Sequence record: NC_020851.1
Direction: 5' to 3' (one strand)
DNA length: 64,000 bases
Part shown: piece by piece, positions 28,078 through 38,069 of the stretch
Numbering within the stretch: the first letter of the stretch is position 1
Layout of the letters: every line of letters begins with the position of its first letter
Notes under the pieces: model-generated
Database searches by the model: none
Seen by the model: only the letters and a program-made list of their open reading frames with translations
Told to the model about the DNA's origin: nothing
Translations under genes and position numbers: made by a program

Positions 28078-31000
28078 TCAAGTAGATAACTGTTTAATCA
28101 TTACTCTACAAGTATCAGCTATAGTAATTGCGGTTCCAGTATTGATATTAGTTCGTCTCAACGTAAATCTAAAATTATCACCAGTAGTAAAACTTTCAAT
28201 TGTATTAAGGTTAAATGCAGTTTGATTTGCATTAGAGGTACGACGAATATATCCATCATGAACTCTAGCCAATAATGTTCCAGTATCTGAGTTCAGACGC
28301 ATATCTAATTCTCCTGTGTATCTATAGTTACTTCCTGTAGTACCGTTAAGGCAAAACTCAATATTAACTTCATACACTCCCGTTTCATTTATCGTGTAAA
28401 CACCACCACTTTCCGAAAAAATTGCATCATTAAAAGATGCTGCATCATCAATATTTGAGATTCTGGTGGCAGTTGTGGCGTTAAAGTTTTCACCACCAGT
28501 AGCGTCTTTATAAATCGCACATTTTATTGCTGTTGCACCTCCACCACCAGATCCATTAGAGGCAGCAGTAATACGACCCTGAGCATCAACAGTAATATCT
28601 GAGTTAGTATAAGAACCTGCAGAGACAGATGTATTAGCAAGTTGAGCAGCTGAAATTGTACCTGATAGAGATGAAGTAGGATAGTTAGTGGCATCACTTA
28701 AATCAAATGCTGGAGTAGCATCAGAAGCACCAAGATCTAGTGATACTCCACCATAGGAAACACTGTCGTTTGCTAACTTAGAGTTGGCAATAGACCCGGC
28801 AAGTTGAGCATTCGTAATGGTTCCTGTTAAATCTGTTGTTGGTAGATTTCCACTGAATGTTGTTGCCTTAACAGTTCCAATTACATCAAGTTTTTCTGAT
28901 GGAGAAGTGCTATTGATGCCAACATTACCAGTAGAAGTTATACGAAGTCTTTCTGTTGCATTTGTGTAACCGTTTGTAGTTCCTGTAGCAAAAACAATTG
29001 CAGCATCTCCGCTTGATGTAGCGAGATATAATGCATTACTGGGACCAATTGAACTTGAATTAGTAAGGTTCATCCCGATTGAACCTAAATCCAATGCACC
29101 ATCTTGCCTAAACACTATGTTTGGATTATCAGTTTCATCATTATTGTCAGTGTCTGCTTCAAGAATTAACGTTGCATCTCCAGAAGTTCCTGATGAAACG
29201 TGCAATATCCCTTGTGGATTATCAGTTCCGATACCAACATTGCCAGCAGAAGTTATACGAAGTCTTTCTGCTCCAGCAGTCTCTACCGCAACTGTATCAG
29301 CAGCAGGGAATCTAATCGCAGTATCAGTATCACCATCATGAATTATCTTATCTGCTATGGATAGATCACCACCTACAGTAAGAGCACTAAGTGTTCCAAC
29401 GGAAGTCAGAGAAGAATTAACAACACTAGATCCTAATGTTGTTGCATTCAATACTTCAACTTGATTAACCTGATATCCTTTTCCTGTGAGAACATTTAAG
29501 TTTTCACTAGATTTAAGTGAGGGATTAGTTCCACTATTAAACTCATATAAGAATGTTTTATCACTACCAATTCCAATACCAGCACCATCAGTCAGAAGAT
29601 TGGAAGTACAAGTAGTAGCAATACCAATAACTTTATCTGCAATCTCAACTGTCGTAGAATTTACAAAAGTTTCAGTACCATCGACATATAAATCACCTTT
29701 AATTCTAACAATACCAGTATTATCACCAACAACACCTGGATCAATAATTAAATTAGATGGTCCAGCAATCGTTGCGGTATCACTAGCACCATTAAAAACA
29801 GATATACCAATACCAGTCGTTTCAAGTTTTTTGGCGTTGCTATAGTAAAGTTCTATTTGACCTCCATCCCTATAAGCACGTAAAAGACTATGAGTATTAG
29901 ATGATTTTTGGATGGATAGATAATCACCATTTGTGTAATATGCTAATTCTAGTCCATCAATACTACTATCTTTGAATATTACTTTTTGAGTACCATTACT
30001 GTCTAATATTAAATTTCCAGTACTTGTTATTGTCACATCACCAGAGAATGTAGAGACACCAGAAATATTTAAATTGCCAGTTCCAGTTATGCTGTTATTA
30101 TTAGAATCTAATACAATTGAAGATGTACCTATGCTTAAAATTCCAGTAACTCTTCCGTTACCAACAACAACTAAATCTTCACTATAAGTAACACCTGAAC
30201 CAACAGGATCTACATGAAGTTTGGTAGAAGTAACAACACCAACACTCATTCCTCTGGTAGAAGTATCTCCTAGTTGTAAAGTTTCATCGAGTGTTTGAGA
30301 ACCACCACCTCCACCACTAACAGTTACAAATTCAAATTTCTCAATACTATGATCATACTTTAAAAATTTACCATTATAAGCAGAAGCATTCGTAGCAATA
30401 CCAACAATATCATCAAGATACTTTAATTTAGTTTCACCACCACCACCAAGTGATGAAAGTTGTTGTTGAATACGATTTACAAATAGCCTATAGTGACTCT
30501 GGAGTTGATCCAAAGTTACAAATTTTTGATCTAATGGTGTTAATGGATCACTATTATCTGAAGAACTAGGTTCTGTAATAATACTTTCATTAAGAATTTC
30601 TTTCTCGTTAAATTTCTCAAATACTTCTTCAATATATTTTACTTTACTTGCAAGTCTTGAGTTATTCTTTTGTATTTCCTCAATACTTAACTTATCAATC
30701 GCAGATTTAACATCTTCATGAATAGTTTCAATACTTTTATTTTGATTTTCAATATGTGATTCATTTCTAAGAATCTCAATTTTTAAATCTACAACTTTTT
30801 TATCTAGTTCATCTCTAGTAGTTTCACTCTTTTCAATATCCTCAAGCATCAGATCATGAATCTGATTAACTTCACTAACTTTAGAATTTAAAGTATCAAA
30901 AATTTCAGTATTATCTTCTTTTACAAGTTCAATTTTAGATACAACATCATTTACAGTATTATCTAAAAATTCCGCAAACTCTTTAATTTTTGAATCTGTT

Positions 31001-31641
31001 TTTATTTCAGAGTCAACAATTAAATTTTTGTATTTTGGTATATCATTCTTCTTTATTCTACCAAGTTCTTCATTGAGAGAATTAAAATCCTGAACATATT
31101 TTTCATCAACAACATCTTTTATATTATCTAAAGTTTCTTTCAGTTCTTCTTCTAATACTTCACATCTATTAGTAAGTCTAATTTCAGAATCAGAAACTAA
31201 TTTTTCATATCTTGGAAGTTCATCATCAATAAAAGTATTGACGGTTTCAGACAAACTAGAAACATCTAGTTTAACTTGAGTCAGATTTTTTTGATTTATA
31301 CCTTTAACTTTTTCTTGAACATCACGAATACATTCCTCAAGAAACAAAAGTTGAGATACTAATGCCTTGTCCAAATCTTCTTTCGTAAGAAGATTTTTAA
31401 TATCACCGTCTATCTCATCAATTTTTTCTGAGAGATGATTTACCTTTTCTATATTAGATTGATAGTTCCCTAATGTTTCAGAAAAATCAGTTAGAACATC
31501 AACCTTACTTAAATTTCTTTTGAATGCATCATAGGCATCAGAAATAGTATTCAGTTCAGGATTTTCAATACTCCCCTGAATTACATTTTCAACAGATGCT
31601 TTTTCTCTATCAAAGTATTCTGATGGTTTTCTGATTGCCAC
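28078..31641 (-). CDS. Large virion protein: N-terminal coiled coil plus tail-fibre-like C-terminus
   Basis: About 400 aa of E/K/L-rich heptads, then GGGG linkers and ERLRITSxGNVGI fibre motifs; GTG start with ATAAATA upstream. Confidence 0.75.
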   Translation of the reverse strand: MAIRKPSEYFDREKASVENVIQGSIENPELNTISDAYDAFKRNLSKVDVLTDFSETLGNYQSNIEKVNHLSEKIDEIDGDIKNLLTKEDLDKALVSQLLFLEECIRDVQEKVKGINQKNLTQVKLDVSSLSETVNTFIDDELPRYEKLVSDSEIRLTNRCEVLEEELKETLDNIKDVVDEKYVQDFNSLNEELGRIKKNDIPKYKNLIVDSEIKTDSKIKEFAEFLDNTVNDVVSKIELVKEDNTEIFDTLNSKVSEVNQIHDLMLEDIEKSETTRDELDKKVVDLKIEILRNESHIENQNKSIETIHEDVKSAIDKLSIEEIQKNNSRLASKVKYIEEVFEKFNEKEILNESIITEPSSSDNSDPLTPLDQKFVTLDQLQSHYRLFVNRIQQQLSSLGGGGETKLKYLDDIVGIATNASAYNGKFLKYDHSIEKFEFVTVSGGGGGSQTLDETLQLGDTSTRGMSVGVVTSTKLHVDPVGSGVTYSEDLVVVGNGRVTGILSIGTSSIVLDSNNNSITGTGNLNISGVSTFSGDVTITSTGNLILDSNGTQKVIFKDSSIDGLELAYYTNGDYLSIQKSSNTHSLLRAYRDGGQIELYYSNAKKLETTGIGISVFNGASDTATIAGPSNLIIDPGVVGDNTGIVRIKGDLYVDGTETFVNSTTVEIADKVIGIATTCTSNLLTDGAGIGIGSDKTFLYEFNSGTNPSLKSSENLNVLTGKGYQVNQVEVLNATTLGSSVVNSSLTSVGTLSALTVGGDLSIADKIIHDGDTDTAIRFPAADTVAVETAGAERLRITSAGNVGIGTDNPQGILHVSSGTSGDATLILEADTDNNDETDNPNIVFRQDGALDLGSIGMNLTNSSSIGPSNALYLATSSGDAAIVFATGTTNGYTNATERLRITSTGNVGINSTSPSEKLDVIGTVKATTFSGNLPTTDLTGTITNAQLAGSIANSKLANDSVSYGGVSLDLGASDATPAFDLSDATNYPTSSLSGTISAAQLANTSVSAGSYTNSDITVDAQGRITAASNGSGGGGATAIKCAIYKDATGGENFNATTATRISNIDDAASFNDAIFSESGGVYTINETGVYEVNIEFCLNGTTGSNYRYTGELDMRLNSDTGTLLARVHDGYIRRTSNANQTAFNLNTIESFTTGDNFRFTLRRTNINTGTAITIADTCRVMIKQLST

Positions 31642-31705
31642 TATTATTACAAATCCTTATGTATAGATATTTATTATATTCCCAGGAAGACAAATTGTCA
31701 AATAA

Positions 31706-31867
31706 TCAATAACGATATTCTTGGATTCTATCCAACACCTTGTTAAGATATTTATGTGCTAAATCTTTTTCTTTCTGCCAGACTACTTTAGATTCTGTAT
31801 CGACTTCATGCTTGAGTTTAAGAACATGGCATATTAGTTCATCCTTGTTCAATTGATTCTTCGGCAT
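31706..31867 (-). CDS. Small hypothetical protein (53 aa)
   Basis: Hand-translated: MPKNQLNKDELICHVLKLKHEV...QEYRY. Confidence 0.6.
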   Translation of the reverse strand: MPKNQLNKDELICHVLKLKHEVDTESKVVWQKEKDLAHKYLNKVLDRIQEYRY

Positions 31868-31917
31868 ATCATAAAAAAGACTCTACTCAGTATATAGAGT
31901 AAAGTCTTTCTTGTCTA

Positions 31918-32043
31918 TTATTGAATTGGGTTTTGTGCTGGTATCAACATACCACCACCTGGTCCATCATCATCATCAATATTTTCCGTGAGTACAGAAT
32001 GAATTATAAAAGCACCCAACATAAAGGTTGCTAATAACATCAT
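31918..32043 (-). CDS. Small membrane protein with DDDDGPGGG motif (41 aa)
   Basis: Hand-translated: MMLLATFMLGAFIIHSVLTENIDDDDGPGGGMLIPAQNPIQ; coupled to hli. Confidence 0.65.
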   Translation of the reverse strand: MMLLATFMLGAFIIHSVLTENIDDDDGPGGGMLIPAQNPIQ

Positions 32044-32044
32044 C

Positions 32045-32152
32045 TTACCATACTCCAGGAATTAGGTCGCCGGTTAGAGCATAGGATCCCATTGCGGCAA
32101 TGACACCAATCATTGCTGCCCAACCATTAATACGTTCTGCTCTTTCGTTCAT
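32045..32152 (-). CDS. hli: High-light inducible protein (35 aa)
   Basis: MNERAERINGWAAMIGVIAAMGSYALTGDLIPGVW; AERxNGxxAMxG motif. Confidence 0.92.
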   Translation of the reverse strand: MNERAERINGWAAMIGVIAAMGSYALTGDLIPGVW

Positions 32153-32298
32153 TGTTCTTGCTCCTGTGTTTTGTTGTAAATAATGACTCTACCATTTTCA
32201 TGAGTGAATACTAATTCATCATCATGTGCCCAGCAGAGTTCTTCGTATAGGGCATTTAATCTCTCCATATCATCATAGAGTTGATTTGGATTAAACAT
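32149..32298 (-). CDS. Small hypothetical protein (49 aa)
   Basis: MFNPNQLYDDMERLNALYEELCW...; ATGA overlap with hli. Confidence 0.6.
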   Translation of the reverse strand: MFNPNQLYDDMERLNALYEELCWAHDDELVFTHENGRVIIYNKTQEQEQ

Positions 32299-32608
32299 TC
32301 TTTACTGGTTCATATGAATGTTGAGGTTTGTGCTCTCTATCCATAGGTTGAGAAGGAGTCCATGGGTCTCGTGAAAGATTTTTGATAACAATGAATGCTT
32401 CTTTGTTATATTTACGAGTGCCGATAGGTGACTGCCACTTTTTGTTATAGACTTCACCGACATCAATACCAGAAACTTGAGTTCCTGCCATTTCAACTAC
32501 GATGTTATCACCTTCTTCCCACCCATATTTTTGGGCAAGAGAAGAAACTTGTTCATAAACAGATGGAGCATCCATTACTCGATCTTCTGGTTCAAGACTT
32601 CCGTGCAT
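32291..32608 (-). CDS. Conserved cyanophage hypothetical protein
   Basis: 105 aa, coupled to petF. Confidence 0.7.
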   Translation of the reverse strand: MHGSLEPEDRVMDAPSVYEQVSSLAQKYGWEEGDNIVVEMAGTQVSGIDVGEVYNKKWQSPIGTRKYNKEAFIVIKNLSRDPWTPSQPMDREHKPQHSYEPVKNV

Positions 32609-32901
32609 CAGTAGAGTTTCTCTTCTTGTTCAGTTTCAATTATAACATCAGAAGTTGGATATGCAACACAAGTGAGCACAAACCCTTCTTCAATTTGATC
32701 ATCATCCAAGAACGACTGATCACTTTGGTCTACTGTACCAGATACAATCTTACCTGCACAAGATGAACAGGCACCTGCACGACAAGAGTAGTTTAAATCA
32801 ACCCCACCTTCCTCTGCTGCATCAAGGATGTATTGATCATCAGCACAAGTAACAGTGGTTTCTGCACCATCAGGAGTGCGGAGAGTAATATTAAAAGACA
32901 T
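32608..32901 (-). CDS. petF: Plant-type [2Fe-2S] ferredoxin
   Basis: [14 protein letters not shown]...[13 protein letters not shown]. Confidence 0.97.
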   Translation of the reverse strand: MSFNITLRTPDGAETTVTCADDQYILDAAEEGGVDLNYSCRAGACSSCAGKIVSGTVDQSDQSFLDDDQIEEGFVLTCVAYPTSDVIIETEQEEKLY

Positions 32902-32987
32902 TAGTAAGTTTCAGAAAGATTTTGTACAGAGTATGCCAACAATACAAGGAAGGCAATACTGGTGATTGTAAACAAGATTTGATGCAT
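32901..32987 (-). CDS. 28-aa single-helix membrane peptide
   Basis: [28 protein letters not shown]; TAATG overlap with petF. Confidence 0.5.
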   Translation of the reverse strand: MHQILFTITSIAFLVLLAYSVQNLSETY

Positions 32988-32997
32988 TGTCAAGTAA

Positions 32998-33255
32998 TCA
33001 GAATCCGAAAAGTCCAAAAAAGAACACACTACCAGTCGTAGCATAAGAAACCAGGGCAGCAGCAAATCCAATCATTGCTGTGCGACCATTGAGTTTCTCT
33101 GCACGTTCTGCATATGTCTCAAGACCATACGTCTCAGTATAGGATGGATCAACGTACATGCGGGGTTCAGTAGCCCACATGTTTGTGCGTCCACCGTCTT
33201 CGGTTGTTACAGTCATTTGAGTTTTGTGAAGAAACATTACAGTATTATATAGCAA
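32998..33255 (-). CDS. hli: High-light inducible protein (longer type); likely start at MTVTTEDGG
   Basis: AERAEKLNGRTAMIGFAA motif. Confidence 0.9.
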   Translation of the reverse strand: MLYNTVMFLHKTQMTVTTEDGGRTNMWATEPRMYVDPSYTETYGLETYAERAEKLNGRTAMIGFAAALVSYATTGSVFFFGLFGF

Positions 33256-33280
33256 AAATAAAGAGGGGTCAAGCCCCTCT
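33244..33280 (-). promoter_or_regulatory. Stem-loop sigma70 promoter cassette upstream of hli/petF
   Basis: agagggg-c-TTGACC-cctct hairpin; TTGACC-17-TATAAT. Confidence 0.7.
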
Positions 33281-33285
33281 CTGTG

Positions 33286-33996
33286 TTATTCACCACTTTT
33301 TTGTATAATGTATGCCCTACCTTGATCATCAAAACCATCAATATCAATATGAACTGGTTTCCCCGAAAAATTATCCACAGGAGCAATTAGTAAGTACGGA
33401 CCAGGAACTCTATCAGTTCTTACATCATAAGTTCTAAAGTTAGTAGGATGAAAATGAATCGTAACTACTTTCTTACCAGGATTACGACAAGTATATCCAA
33501 GTTCTCTCATATGATATGTAATCTTATTATCACAACCAGGTTTACCCATTGTATAATTCATACCATCACATGTTGGTATTGGAGTTTTAAAAATCCAAGA
33601 GTCTTGTGATGCTGAATTATCATATGGTTCAACCTCCCAGTTCTTACCATCTGTAGTAGATATTTCCCATCGACTCAATGCATAAAATTGTTTTTCCATA
33701 TTAGGACTCTTGAAGAATCGAAGAGTATCATCAAAAATAATATCTGCATTTGCAACTACACAAATTTGTTCTTTTAGACTCTCATTACAAAAATCAAAAA
33801 GATCTTTATATGATGGTCTTTCTTTTCTCACTATTCTATTAATTTTAGGAGAGTTGAAATTAAGTTCAGCATCATCTTCCATAAAAATATAAACCTTATC
33901 AATATATTCATTGGCAAGATTTTGATGCAGACAATACAAATACTCCCCGTTTCTCATATGATTACGAGAGTTAAAATATTCTATAATGAGATTCAT
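33286..33996 (-). CDS. Hypothetical glycosyltransferase-like protein
   Basis: VVANADIIFD (DxD-like), ALSRW, SQDSWIF, GKPGCDN; last gene of the glycan island. Confidence 0.55.
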   Translation of the reverse strand: MNLIIEYFNSRNHMRNGEYLYCLHQNLANEYIDKVYIFMEDDAELNFNSPKINRIVRKERPSYKDLFDFCNESLKEQICVVANADIIFDDTLRFFKSPNMEKQFYALSRWEISTTDGKNWEVEPYDNSASQDSWIFKTPIPTCDGMNYTMGKPGCDNKITYHMRELGYTCRNPGKKVVTIHFHPTNFRTYDVRTDRVPGPYLLIAPVDNFSGKPVHIDIDGFDDQGRAYIIQKSGE

Positions 33997-34886
33997 TGTT
34001 CAGAGATCCAATCCATTAAGTTTACTTTTGGTTCCCAACCAAATGTTCTTTTTAATTTATCATTTTTAGCAAGGGTAATTCTAGACTCACCAATTCTTGA
34101 GGGAATATTGACTTGATTGTCAGAAATTACATTAGCAATTTCATTAATAGAATAGTTTACACCATTACCCACATTATATAATTGACCATAATTCATATCA
34201 TGAACTTCGTTTGTTGCCGCAAGAATGTTTGCTTGTACAACATCAGATACGTGAGTAAAGTCTCTACGTTGCTCTCCATCACCAACAATAGTAAGTGCTT
34301 CTTCTGAATCACGTTGACGTAAAAAGATGCCTATTACAGGAGCATACTGACCCTTCAGAGGTTGCCTTTCCCCATATACATTAAAGTATCTGAGGAAAAC
34401 TGTTTTGAGTCCCCACAAGTCATTGTACATCTTACAAAGTTTTTCACCAGCAACCTTCGATACTGAATATGGATTTAAACAGTCATCATTCTGAAGTTCA
34501 TCATTAGGTGGTTCATTGAACCCATAACCTGATGAAGTAGAAGAGTAGATTACTTTCTTTACACCTACCTCTCGGGCACACTGAAGAACAGTAACCGTAC
34601 CTACACAGTTTACACTGACTGCCTCAATAGGATTTAAGATAGCAGGTTGAATTCTAGATTCGGCAGCAAGATGAAAAACATAGTCAACACCAGTCATAGA
34701 GTTTTTCAATAACTGGTAGTCTCTAATATCACCTTTTATATTGTAAGCTTTAGGATTCCTATAAAAATCTTCATTAGATTCTGCACTCTCATTATCATAG
34801 CAGACAACTTCATGACCCATTTCGAGAAGTTTGTCTACAATGTGAGACCCGATAAATCCTGCCCCACCTGTTACTAATGATTTCAT
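33993..34886 (-). CDS. NAD-dependent nucleotide-sugar epimerase/dehydratase
   Basis: VTGGAGFIGSH, YSSTSS, PYSVSK, LRYFNVYG, GDGEQRRDFTHVSDV. Confidence 0.92.
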   Translation of the reverse strand: MKSLVTGGAGFIGSHIVDKLLEMGHEVVCYDNESAESNEDFYRNPKAYNIKGDIRDYQLLKNSMTGVDYVFHLAAESRIQPAILNPIEAVSVNCVGTVTVLQCAREVGVKKVIYSSTSSGYGFNEPPNDELQNDDCLNPYSVSKVAGEKLCKMYNDLWGLKTVFLRYFNVYGERQPLKGQYAPVIGIFLRQRDSEEALTIVGDGEQRRDFTHVSDVVQANILAATNEVHDMNYGQLYNVGNGVNYSINEIANVISDNQVNIPSRIGESRITLAKNDKLKRTFGWEPKVNLMDWISEQ

Positions 34887-35011
34887 AAATCTCCTCCAGA
34901 AAAAATAACATCAACTTGAAACACATCACCCTTCCTTAAACTATCAGTGTCTTCATCCATCCAGATGTTTTCACCAATAATTTCATAATTGTCAAATCCA
35001 ATACTATTCAT
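34883..35011 (-). pseudogene. 42-aa ORF resembling the C-terminal tail of an FkbM-type methyltransferase
   Basis: MNSIGFDNYEIIGENIWMD...DVFQVDVIF; ATGA-coupled on both sides. Confidence 0.4.
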
Positions 35012-35958
35012 AAGTATACTTCCTTAAATTTTTGGCAGACTTTTTCTGGAGTGTAGTCTTGATAACAATTCCATTCTAAAGAATTTATTTCCTTCTTATC
35101 CAAATTTCTTAAGATATGAAGAATATCGGAATAATTTTCATAATAAATTCCTTTTTCTCCAAGTGTATCTATATGGTTTCTTTCTGGAGATTTTTCATAA
35201 GTAATCACAGGTTTATTTCTAATTGAGAACTCTGCACATGATAGACCAAATGATTCTCCAATATACCTAGCATGGAGCATAGCATCACATGTATTAATAA
35301 ATTTTACCTTAGTGTTCATATCAGAGGTGCCTGGTAAATGAATCACTCGTTCATGCTGAATAAAAGGTTCTGTAAACTGAAAAACAAACCAGATATCAGA
35401 TCTCTCAGACAATACTTGTTGTATTGCTTGTTTTACAAAAGGCAAATCAAAAGTTTCCCATCCACCATTTCTACCAAGAACTAAAGCATTCTTAGGAATA
35501 GATAACTCTTCTCTCATATCTTCCTCAATCTCAGGAAGATGCACTATGTAAGGAACATATGGGATAGTATAATTCGTTATTTTAGATAACCATTTAGATC
35601 CCATAGCATAGATATCACCATGAACCCAATTCGATTGCCAATTACCAGAAATAGCATTAACAAGATTTTTACTAACCGAAGATATAACTCCATCCGGATC
35701 TCCACCTTTTTCCATTAAGAAATAATCACATTTATTTTTATCCAAAATAGAATCTATCCCACTGACAGTATCATAAGAAAAAACCGAAAACTCTTTTTCA
35801 AATTTTTTCAAAGCATCGATACTATTAGCAGGATGAGTAGAGGGATACATGATAATTGGATCGACACCAAGGTAATATCTGGTCCAATATGCCCAATCAT
35901 AAATTGCTACAGTAGTCCCTCTCAAAGAGAGGGAATTGTCATGAAAAGCTATCTTCAT
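35008..35958 (-). CDS. GT-B fold glycosyltransferase-like protein
   Basis: RGTTVAIYD, GRNGGWETF, CDAMLHARYIGESFGLSCAEF. Confidence 0.75.
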   Translation of the reverse strand: MKIAFHDNSLSLRGTTVAIYDWAYWTRYYLGVDPIIMYPSTHPANSIDALKKFEKEFSVFSYDTVSGIDSILDKNKCDYFLMEKGGDPDGVISSVSKNLVNAISGNWQSNWVHGDIYAMGSKWLSKITNYTIPYVPYIVHLPEIEEDMREELSIPKNALVLGRNGGWETFDLPFVKQAIQQVLSERSDIWFVFQFTEPFIQHERVIHLPGTSDMNTKVKFINTCDAMLHARYIGESFGLSCAEFSIRNKPVITYEKSPERNHIDTLGEKGIYYENYSDILHILRNLDKKEINSLEWNCYQDYTPEKVCQKFKEVYL

Positions 35959-36764
35959 TTAGAAATTTTTTGTTCCAAATCTTTACGGGCAGTATCTCCA
36001 AGTCCATCCATTTGTTCAAAGAAGGCAAGAGATAGATTGATGTTGTCATCAGTAATTGTTGGACTAAAAGGACCAACTGGTTTGTAACCATACTCCATAT
36101 TCAGAATACGTTGGAAGTTATCTCCTTGGAAAATATCTGCCCAACACTTCTCACCGATGGTAGGAACTGTATCAAGATAGAATGAATAAATGATTTGTTC
36201 GGTGGTTCTCTGACTACCAGTAATAATTTCAGTATTTCCAAAATTGCACTGATTTACAAACGCAATAGCAGACTGTGCATCAATACCAACCTCTTCCATA
36301 CGACCAGGAATGATACTAATATATCCAACATCGTAAGTGCAACACTTCAGTGCAGTTGAAGAATCAGCAAGGCCAGTAACATTAGTAATTACATATTCAT
36401 TGAACTGATCGACATACTCTAATGCTTTCTGGTAGGGAGGAATCTTCATACCAACCTTACAGGTTCCTTGAGTTGCATCAGTAATGATCTTTGCATATTC
36501 AAGGATTATTTCGGGATCAAGATGAGAATAAGGTGCTTGAATATGAACTTCACCTTCATTGTCTCCACGAATATCTGCAACCAACTTACCCATGACTACA
36601 GCATGATCTAACCACTCATCAAGATGATACTTATCAATCTTACTAAATGCATTTGGATTTGTAGTTACACCACGAACCCATTTTGGATTGATATCAGATC
36701 CATACTTATCCATAGTAGATTTTATAAAATCCACATTTGCAGTATCAAAGAAAAAGTCTCTCAT
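35955..36764 (-). CDS. Divergent transaldolase/FSA-family class I aldolase
   Basis: FFFDTA, GVTTNP, GMKIPP (Schiff-base Lys), TNVT, YISIIPGR; Gln (HIQ) at the position of the transaldolase catalytic Glu. Confidence 0.8.
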   Translation of the reverse strand: MRDFFFDTANVDFIKSTMDKYGSDINPKWVRGVTTNPNAFSKIDKYHLDEWLDHAVVMGKLVADIRGDNEGEVHIQAPYSHLDPEIILEYAKIITDATQGTCKVGMKIPPYQKALEYVDQFNEYVITNVTGLADSSTALKCCTYDVGYISIIPGRMEEVGIDAQSAIAFVNQCNFGNTEIITGSQRTTEQIIYSFYLDTVPTIGEKCWADIFQGDNFQRILNMEYGYKPVGPFSPTITDDNINLSLAFFEQMDGLGDTARKDLEQKISK

Positions 36765-37117
36765 AATTGTTTCAAAGTTTCGTTAAAAGTTTTCCAGTTT
36801 TCTAGTCTGACTGCTTTATCGTCAACATAAAAATCTGCAACCGGTTTTCCAAAGTGAAGTTCATCATAAGGAATACCGTGTCTATCTAGCCATTCTACCA
36901 CAATGGGTGATTGATTGGCAATAATTTTACCCAGATTATTATTGTGGGTAACCATGTTTCTAGCAGTCATTATGATAATGTAATGACCTTCTTCTTTTAG
37001 TTTCTGAAGAGTCTCTATTGCACCAGGAATAGGTTTTACATCACTATAATGTTCACCTTCTTTTCTTATATAACAGAGAGTTCCGTCAAGATCAAAACAA
37101 AATTTATAATGTTTCAT
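36761..37117 (-). CDS. Small HAD phosphatase (capsule-biosynthesis type)
   Basis: FDLDGT, MTARNM, FGKPVADFYVDDKA. Confidence 0.88.
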   Translation of the reverse strand: MKHYKFCFDLDGTLCYIRKEGEHYSDVKPIPGAIETLQKLKEEGHYIIIMTARNMVTHNNNLGKIIANQSPIVVEWLDRHGIPYDELHFGKPVADFYVDDKAVRLENWKTFNETLKQL

Positions 37118-38069
37118 AAATTTGATTTAAGATATCCAATCCAGTAATGAACATTGCTTTCTGTCTCTCTAGACTATCATAATGTCTAGCACACATACCA
37201 ATAAAAATACATCCCTCAATCAATATTATCTTTTGATAATCAAAACCAAATCGATTAACCAGATCTACAAACTTCTTATTGATGTTTTGTTTGTTGGATT
37301 CATTCTCAAACTTAAGATCAAACTGATTGCCATTTACATTTACATCAAACTTATCGTAAATGAAATACTCATACCCACCATTGCATGAGTGAGAGATTTT
37401 TGCTAAGTCATAATAAGGATCACCATAATATTTGGTTTCACCAAACATGCCTCTAGGATCAATCATTTTAAGAATTAGATCATTTGTGATGGAATTTACT
37501 CCATACAAAATATTACTAAAACAGAGATCACCATGGATGAAATAGAACTTATCTTCAATTAATTTTGTTTCAATAAATTCTTTTATCTTTCCCCAAATAC
37601 TATCAAAAGATTTAAGTGTCTTTCCATTCAGAACAAATTCATCAACGTTCATCAGTTCTCTGAAGAAATCAAAGTTATACATCAGATTAACATATTCATT
37701 TTCAGTCTTATCAATGAACATCAAAAGAGAATCTCTCCGATTAGCATCGATTGATTGGGAATTCTTATAACAGTTAATATATCCTAAAAGAAAATCAAAT
37801 GCATTTTCCCAAAAGGTATCATCATAATCAGATGATACCATTACATTTCCAAGATTATTATAAGCGTAATATTCCAACTCCAAAGAGTATGGATTTTTTA
37901 AATTACAATCAATTAGTCTTGGAAAAAATACTTTTAGATTACTAGGGAGATCCAAATAATAATTTGCTTCTCCCTTTAATCTATCTTCCTCACTTGTTTT
38001 AATAACACTAGCTTTGGTTTGAGGATTCAGAGTAAATCTATTATATGCTCTAGTCGTAAATTCCATCAA
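37104..38069 (-). CDS. APH/choline-kinase-fold sugar kinase-like protein
   Basis: HGDLCFSNIL, MIDPRG, GDPYYDLAKISHS. Confidence 0.82.
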   Translation of the reverse strand: MMEFTTRAYNRFTLNPQTKASVIKTSEEDRLKGEANYYLDLPSNLKVFFPRLIDCNLKNPYSLELEYYAYNNLGNVMVSSDYDDTFWENAFDFLLGYINCYKNSQSIDANRRDSLLMFIDKTENEYVNLMYNFDFFRELMNVDEFVLNGKTLKSFDSIWGKIKEFIETKLIEDKFYFIHGDLCFSNILYGVNSITNDLILKMIDPRGMFGETKYYGDPYYDLAKISHSCNGGYEYFIYDKFDVNVNGNQFDLKFENESNKQNINKKFVDLVNRFGFDYQKIILIEGCIFIGMCARHYDSLERQKAMFITGLDILNQIYETL

